Positions 56,191-64,000 of a stretch of DNA of 64,000 nt are shown here, piece after piece. Source of the DNA: Octopus vulgaris (taxonomy: Eukaryota); NCBI GenBank assembly GCA_951406725.2, contig OX597835.1, forward strand, positions 11,532,001-11,596,000, in the 5' to 3' direction. The position numbers and the translations under genes are program-made. Each line of letters opens with the position of its first letter. Position 1 is the first letter of the stretch. The notes beneath the pieces are model-generated. The model was not told the DNA's origin. It saw only the letters and a program-made list of their open reading frames with translations, and searched no databases.

Positions 56191-57108
56191 TTCTCATCCA
56201 ACCATTTCTAGGTTGGAACCGATCAGTGGTTTTCTGGGGTAGTTAAGACTAAGATTAAAAAAATAAAATAGAACCGCCTCTCACCAAAAAAAAATGGCGG
56301 CGTGATATTTGTTGTCTTGTTGTTTACGTAATCAACATGGCGGGGAAATATCTTTCCTCTCGTTCGTGGATAATATTATATGTTGGCTCGTATTGACTAG
56401 CAAAATCGTCCAGATCGATGATAAAATCTTTCAGATGCTTTTCTTTTTTTTTTTTTCTTTTCTCCTTTAAAACATTAAGAAAGAAGATAAAATGAAAAAC
56501 AAGCATTTGGAAATATCTAATGGAACGACAACACATTTTCGTTGATTGGTTCCTGACGTGGCTGTCTTCATGTTCTTTGCTGTTTCAGCTACTGTTGCAG
56601 GATTTTACAGATTTTTTTTTCTATGTAGTACTCATTAGGTCGTATATCATTTTACTTTTAGGATACAATGAACGAGTGAGAGGAGGAGATAGAGAGAGAG
56701 AGAGAGAGAGAGAGAAGAGAAAAGAGCAAGCGGGAAAGATGTTTAATAGGAGAAAAGAAGTTTCTTCTTCAAGAAAGAAAAAAAAAAAGAGTAATAATAT
56801 ACAAAGAGGAAAAAAATATGTAATAAGCAATAGGAAGTTCTTAATAATGGTGTGAGCAGATTAATGATGATGATAATAATGAAAATAACAATAATGATAT
56901 TGCTAATGACAACATCATCAACACCGCCATTATGAACAACAACAACAACAACAACAACAACAACTGTCATACTGATAATGGAAATAATTATTTCTTTATT
57001 TGCAACACGATCAGCATAAATACCCGGCAGAGAATAATAACATATCTTTTCGGTACACACACACACACACATCATCATCATCATCAGTATGTATATATGT
57101 ATGTATGC

Positions 57109-57194
<86 letters not shown>

Positions 57195-57383
57195 TGTATA
57201 TATATCATATATATGTATATATTTATATATATATACAGGTATATTTTACAAACTCACACACACACGCACATATACATATATATACATGTACACACGTAAA
57301 CACACATGTACACACAAACACACACACACACACGTATATTACATATATATATATATAAACACACAGACACAAACAGATATTTG

Positions 57384-57415
<32 letters not shown>

Positions 57416-58146
57416 TACACACATATATACACATAAGCGTATACGTAGATGCGCACGCATGCATATGCATGTATATACACATACGCGCACATATGAAGCA
57501 ATCGAAAAGTATACAAACACCCCCCACACACACACACACCTACACACGCATAGATACTTATAAGAGAATATGTACAGGTATCCGTCTATAGACACCACGC
57601 AGTAATAACCAAAAACGCGTTTATGCTTATTACGATAATGTTTGTCCTCCATCTGATGTAGAAGACGGATAGAACTAACAGAACGCATTGGAGCATTTAG
57701 AGTAAACGGCACAAACACAACCAACCCAACGAGGCACATAAACAACCAATGCCATTATTAAACGATTCCAACTACTTCTCCATTATTTTTTTTTATTAAT
57801 ATCAGTATAAATGTTGTTGGTGTTGTTGTTATATCTTTTGTTTCAGTTTGTTGGGTGATACGACATTAAAACGTCGAATCTATCGCATTAGATTCTGATA
57901 CGTATCTATGGAAGTATGAATGGATAAAGGTGTATATGTATGTATGTATGTGTGTATGTATGTATGTATGTATGTATGTATGTATGTATGTATGTATGTA
58001 TGTATGTATGTATGTATGAGTGTATGTATGTAAGTATGAATGGATATAGGTATATATGTATGTATGTGTATAAGTACCAGTGTATGTATGTATGTATATA
58101 TGTATGTATGTATGTATGTATGTAAGTATGAATGGATATAGGTATG

Positions 58147-58177
<31 letters not shown>

Positions 58178-58194
58178 GTATGAATGGATATAGG

Positions 58195-58228
<34 letters not shown>

Positions 58229-58429
58229 TGTATGTATGTATGTATGTATGTATGTATGTAGGTAGGTAGGTAGGTAAGTAGGTAGGTAGGTATGTAGGTA
58301 AGTAGGTGGATAGGTGGGTGGGTAGGTAGATTGGTATGCAGGCATGTATGTTAATGTGTATGTAAAACTGTTTGTACTTACGTATGTATGTATGACCATA
58401 TGCATGCATATAGCTATGGATATATATAC

Positions 58430-58473
<44 letters not shown>

Positions 58474-58951
58474 GTATATATATACGTATATAATATATAT
58501 ATATATATATACATATATGTATATAATATAAATAATATATAAATATATGCATATGTACATACATATATATGTACGTACCTACGTATATATGTATATATAC
58601 ATGCATATATGGGTACAGGACATAAAAAAAAACGTTGAACACAATGAGAACCGAAAACATGAAAACAAAACCATAGAAACATATATACATATATGAGTGT
58701 GTGTGTGTGTGTGTGTGTGAGTGTGTGTGGGTGTGTATGCATGTATACACGAGCATATATATATTATCATAATTATAAATTCTTTCGTTAATGACTGATA
58801 TGTGTATGTGTGTATATCTAAGTGCATGTATGTGCGTATGTATGTATGTATCAAACGGATGTCTTATACAACTATTCCGCACATACAATAACAGTCATAC
58901 CGACAATCCTACATACCTCCATGTATATGTATGTTGATATATATATATACA

Positions 58952-59090
58952 TATAATTCATATAAGATAAAGTGTATATTTAAACAAATTAAGAGGTTTC
59001 CATCGTAGGACTCCCGTCTAGCGTAAGGGAGTGCTATGATGGAAAATTCTTAATGTGTTTAAATGTACACTTTATTTTATATGAATTATA
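58952..59090. repeat. Imperfect fold-back with arms of about 64 bp and an 11-nt loop
   Basis: tataattcatataag...gactccc / gggagtg...ttatatgaattata with 7 mismatches. Confidence 0.85.
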
Positions 59091-59192
59091 CATAGCCTAT
59101 TGACTAATTTTTCTATACGCCAGACCACTGATAGTAAATATTTCCAAAATCTTTATTATCCTGATATTATTAATTATATATATATATATATA

Positions 59193-59260
<68 letters not shown>

Positions 59261-59465
59261 GGATATAAAAATATGTATATATATATATATATATGCATAT
59301 ATATATGTATATATATGTGTTTGTGTATATATGGATATATATACAGACATAGACACACACATATATATGTATATATATATATACATACATACATACACAC
59401 AAACACACATATATATATATATGCATAGGCGCATGTGTGTGTGTGAAAGAATGAGAGAAAGAGCG

Positions 59466-59510
<45 letters not shown>

Positions 59511-59928
59511 CTGAGAGTGAGAGTGAGAGAGAGAGAGAGAGAGTGTGTCTTTTAAATATTTTGATAAGAGTTTAGGGACTCACAACTTCATCATAAAACG
59601 TGACACCTGGTTTTTAATAATTGCGATTTAGCAGAATTGGAAGCACGCCGGCTTAGATGTTTAGAGATATTTTAGTCGTCTTTACGTTCTGGGTTCAAAT
59701 TCCGCAAAGGTCGACTTTACCTTTCATTCTCCCGGGCTCGATGAACTAAGAACCAATTAAACACTGAGATCGATGTGATTGACCTACCTCTTGTGCACAA
59801 TTCTGATATTTGTTTAAGTCATTATTAGACTGGAGCACCACCACCAAGAATTTTTAATCGAGTTTGTCGACCCTGGTACTTCTCTTAAAGCCTGGTACGT
59901 ATCCTATCGGTCTCTTTTGCCGAACTTC

Positions 59929-60182
59929 TGCAGGGGATGGTGGTGAACCCTGCTGTACTCTTTCAGCACGACTTTTTCTCACTCTGTCTTCCTGTTTCTG
60001 TTGTACCTGTATTTCAAAGGGCCAGCCTTGTCACACTCTGTGTCACGCTGAATCTTCTCGAGAACTACGTTAAGGGTACACGTGTCTGTGGAGTGCTCAG
60101 CCACTTACACATTAATTTCACATGGAAGGTGTTCCGTTGATCGGATCAACTGGAACCCTCATGGCCGCAACCGACGGAGTGC

Positions 60183-60184
<2 letters not shown>
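59929..60184 (+). mobile_element. SINE family B, 3' two-thirds
   Basis: Matches family B; followed by the (TA)n holding the Penelope-like element. Confidence 0.85.
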
Positions 60185-60211
<27 letters not shown>

Positions 60212-60215
<4 letters not shown>

Positions 60216-60961
60216 TCAGGAACAAACGCCTAATAGAACTAAGAGAATTTTTGCTCAAACAAAAATACCCATCTCTACTTATAGAAAATGGCATACAGCG
60301 GGCTATAAAAATACCTATACAACAACTTAGGACAACCCAAGGAAGAGGAAAACAAGAACAAGTCATACCATTCATAGTGACACACAACCCATGTCACCAG
60401 AATATCTTCAACATTGCCAAAGCAAACCTACCAATCATTGCCCAAAGTAATGAATTAAAAGACATAATCAAGGATCGAGCTATGGTGCTTAGTAAAAGAC
60501 AGCCTAAAAACTTGAAAACATTACTAACAAAGGCAAAATTTGACCTCAGCAACAAAGACCAAACATTCACGGTATCTAAATGCAATGATAGCCGATGTGG
60601 CACATGCCAATTCATACATACCGGTCAATATATAAACACAAAAACTGGGAAAATATTCACAAACGCGAATATGAACTGCAAAAGCAGAAATTTAATTTAC
60701 TGCATCAAATGCCCAAATTGTGAAGAAATATATGTAGGTCAGACGGGAAACGCACTATTAGAACGCTCACGTGTACACCGGCAACAGATTAGAGACCCAG
60801 AGGTCCGTCAGATACCTTTGAGTAACCACCTAGCAACATGTGGTCGGAAAATATATATAATATTTCCATTCTACAAATTACACAGCCCAAGTGAAATCGA
60901 GAGGAAAATCAGAGAAAAGAATTTTATTGATAAATTCGAACCCAAGCTAAATAAGCAATAA
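60212..60961 (+). CDS. Partial Penelope-like ORF: RT thumb end, CxxxxCxxC Zn-finger and GIY-YIG endonuclease
   Basis: RLIELREFLLKQKYP..IPFIVTHNP..KRQPKNLKTLLTKA..KCNDSRCGTC..NLIYCIKCPNCEEIYVGQTG..RSRVHR..SNHL..REKNFIDKFEPKLN. The listed start at 60122 is SINE/(TA)n read-through. Confidence 0.9.
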
Positions 60962-61269
60962 TAATAATACTTAGAGGTATTACTTCCACTGCTACGACCA
61001 TGACCACTAACAACAACAACAATACTAAAGGTGATCAAGACGAAGATAGCAGGAAAATTATCTTATTTAGGGTTAAAAGTTCTATTGCCACCACCATCAC
61101 CACTAGCAACAATAATTAAGGTGCTGACAATGATGATGATGACAATTGAAATATAAAAATATAAAAATCTCTGACAAAGGATATTTACAACATTTCTAAA
61201 AATAACCCAACAATTGATAGGGTCAAGATACAGGACTCTTGACCTGTCCAACAAAGCGTGATGCCTAAA

Positions 61270-61385
61270 CCAATCAGCTCAACCAACCAATCAGCTTAAG
61301 TAATTGAGTGATACTACACACTGATTGGTCAGAATACAGTTTGCAAAACCTAGCACTCTGGAGCCTACCCAGCTGTATTTATAGC
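61270..61385 (+). promoter_or_regulatory. Putative pseudo-LTR Pol II promoter (two CCAATCAG, one inverted CTGATTGG, TATTTATA)
   Basis: Motifs lie about 65-180 bp upstream of the hammerhead; motif evidence only. Confidence 0.5.
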
Positions 61386-61446
61386 ACAGAATCACTCATC
61401 TTGCTACAGTCAAAAATTGTGAAGCATGACTGTCAACACTACTACA

Positions 61447-61491
61447 TGAACCCGAAGATTGCAGAATTCAATGCATGAAAGTACTAGTTCA
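61447..61491 (+). ncRNA. Type I hammerhead ribozyme (H7; CCGAAGA core) in the Penelope pseudo-LTR
   Basis: TGAAC-CCGAAGA-T TGCA gaattcaa TGCA T-GAA-AGTACT-A-GTTCA; perfect stem I and palindromic stem III. Confidence 0.85.
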
Positions 61492-61642
61492 ATCAGAATG
61501 AATATTTAACATTCTACTATTTCATTTTATTTTCTTCAATTATAATATATTATCTTATAATATATCATTATAAGATTGTAAATAAAACGTGAAAATCAGA
61601 CAAGGTTGGAATTCTTTTTATTAATATATTCTTCTATACACA

Positions 61643-61687
<45 letters not shown>

Positions 61688-62352
61688 AATCCAAAAACGT
61701 AGGCGTGCGGCTCACAATACTCAGAGAACATATCACGATACATAGCTTCGGCATTATGGGATACCCAATCTTCCGGTGAAAAATTATGAAGCAAGAAATA
61801 TATCCAATAATCGAAGTAATCGAAGCATAGATTATACATGTGTTATACTTCGGTGCACTTTAACGGTGGGATGGACGTTCAGGAGAGATGGCGTTTTCGA
61901 CACCTCCGCGTGCTTTATGAAACTTCGTCTGTGTGAATATCTAAGCATAGTAGACATTTGGTTGTGTAGAGTCATGTCTGATCGTATTCGCTAAACCCAT
62001 TTGCTGATCAGGGAGGGGCTTAAAGAACAGGTTGGTTGGAATGTATTCGATCGCAGAAGGAGAAGTGATATTCCGACCACCAGAAAAATGCATTTAGCTT
62101 GTGGCTGGTAACGTACAGTGGAAGTAAAAAAATCTTGCTCCAAGCTGCTGTAGCCCTGAAATCACAATACATGGAGTTAATAAGCAGTGTTGAAAGAGCG
62201 TAGGAGTCGAAAGAGGGAAAACAGAAGAGCGGTAATGAAAGGGAGAGAATGACATGTCATGAAATTTTGCTAATCGAAAATGTTAGGTATTATTCGGATT
62301 GCAAGAGGGAAACCTTCTAAATAGAGCAAGGTTTAGACTATTACCGCTTAAG

Positions 62353-62415
<63 letters not shown>

Positions 62416-63406
62416 CATATATGCGTATACATACATACATACAATCATAAATAAACAAAAGTAATTTATATATACATATATATGTATGTATATGTTTGTA
62501 TATGAATGTGTGTGTATGTTCGAGTGTTTGTGTTTGTGTGTGTGTGTGTGTGTGTGTTTCTGTGTGTGGGCGCGCACATTACATGTTTGCACGAAAACAC
62601 AAATAATCATAAATAAACAGAAATAATGATTATAATTCACTGCTGAGGAATGTAAAAAGAACAATATCAACGACAACAATCCAATATGGCAACTTTGCTA
62701 GCACGCAAGGTGTATATAAATGTTCCAATATGGCAAATAATAACAGAGGGGGAGGAGGGGGAGAGGCAATGACAGAGAGAGAGAGACAGAGGGAGAGAGA
62801 TAGAGAGCGAAAGAGACAGGGAGAGAGAGAGAAAGAGAGAGATGATAATAAACGTTGACCTCAGCCACCAGCACCTTCGAACTTTCGAAACTCTGAAGTA
62901 GAAATTGTCCGTCATCTCTTATTTGCAAATGTCTACCGCTGGTAAAGCTAGATCAATCTTTAAAATGAAGTCACCGTTCATGATATTTATGTCGGTTGAA
63001 AGGGATATTAACACGCTATGCTGTTTTCAATAACTAAAGGTGAAACTGTTTTGCTGGACGAATTAAACATTAAATTGGGTAGGGAGTGCATAAGTCTAGG
63101 ATTCAGTTCTCTTTTACTGGCCAGTTTAGACTAAGTAGATTTCGCCCTTTTCTTCTTTCATAGATACGTGCGTGTACGTAAATCATGATATAATTGGACT
63201 TTCTGACAAGAGTCAGGAGTCTAAAACAGTCGGGGAGAAGTGTAGTCTGTTAAATCGACTTTTATTGATTGTTTTCTTTTTGTTGACCTCGCTGAGATTT
63301 GAACGCGTAAACATAAAAAGACGTCACTTAAACACTTGCTTCTAATATTGGCAGAAATACTGAAATTAGTGAGCAGTATTAAGCTGATACTATCGACCCA
63401 ACTACT

Positions 63407-64000
63407 CGAGCTGGCAGAATCGTTAGCACGCCGGGCGAAATGCGTAGCCGTATTTCGTCTGCCGTTACGTTCTGAGTTCAAATTCCGCCGAGGTCGACTT
63501 TGCCTTTCATCCTTTCGGGGTCGATAAATTAAGTTCCAGTTACGCACTGGGGTCGGTGTAATCGACTTAATCCCTTTTGTCTGTCTTTGTTTGTCCTCTC
63601 TATGTTTAGCCCCTTGTGGGCAATAAAGAAATATACTTACTCAGATTGTAAAAAGATGGAACAAATGACACAAGTCCACCTACGTCTACTTTGCCTTTCA
63701 TCCTTTCGGGGTCGATAAATTAAGTACCAGTTACGCACTGGGGTCCGTGTAATCGACTTAATCCCTTTGTCTGTCTTTGTTTGTCCTCTCTATGTTTAGC
63801 CCCTTGTGGGCAATAAAGAAATATACTTACTCAGATTGTAAAAAGATGGAACAAATGACACAAGTCCCCCTACGTCTACTTTGCCTTTCATCCTTTCGGG
63901 GTCGATAAATTAAGTACCAGTTATGTAATCGACTTAAACGCTTTTTCTATGCTTGTATGTCCCCTCTGTGTTTAGCCCCCTTGTGGGCAGTAAAGAAATA
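63407..64000 (+). mobile_element. SINE family A followed by 190-bp tandem duplications of its 3' part plus flank
   Basis: Unit actttgcctttc...aaagaaatatacttactcag...ctacgtct is repeated; a third partial unit runs to the window end. Confidence 0.85.

Larger units (their letters stand above)
60211..61646 (+). mobile_element. 5'-truncated Penelope-like retroelement (Neptune-like) inserted in (TA)n
   Basis: Open frame to 60961, 3' non-coding region with CCAAT boxes and a hammerhead, (TA)n on both sides. Confidence 0.9.

Noticed and set aside
60122-60211. N-terminus of the 279-aa ORF
   Set aside because: Derived from the SINE B tail and (TA)n read-through; not part of the Penelope protein.

Overview
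AT-rich, extremely repeat-dense eukaryotic (metazoan) intergenic or intronic DNA. The SINE families, microsatellite load and TTAGGG-type repeats suggest a mollusc, probably an octopus (inference). No host protein-coding exon was recognised, and most listed ORFs are microsatellite or SINE read-through. Content: (i) four tRNA-headed SINE families; (ii) LINE remnants (R4/Dong-type in (TAA)n tracts, RTE-type, one possible Tx1/L1-type 3' end); (iii) a Helitron remnant with the PIF1 helicase C-terminus; (iv) MITE-like TIR elements; (v) a 5'-truncated Penelope-like element with an open Zn-finger + GIY-YIG frame and a 3' hammerhead ribozyme. The main hidden signal, read by eye, is 14 type I hammerhead ribozyme motifs from about 10 different sequence families. 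They lie in short non-coding inserts within (TA)n or (GA)n microsatellites, have palindromic stem III, often carry non-canonical cores (CCGANGA, CUGUAGA, CUGGCGA), and occur as solo, terminally redundant or fold-back units, suggesting a diverse Penelope/retrozyme-like ribozyme retroelement population.
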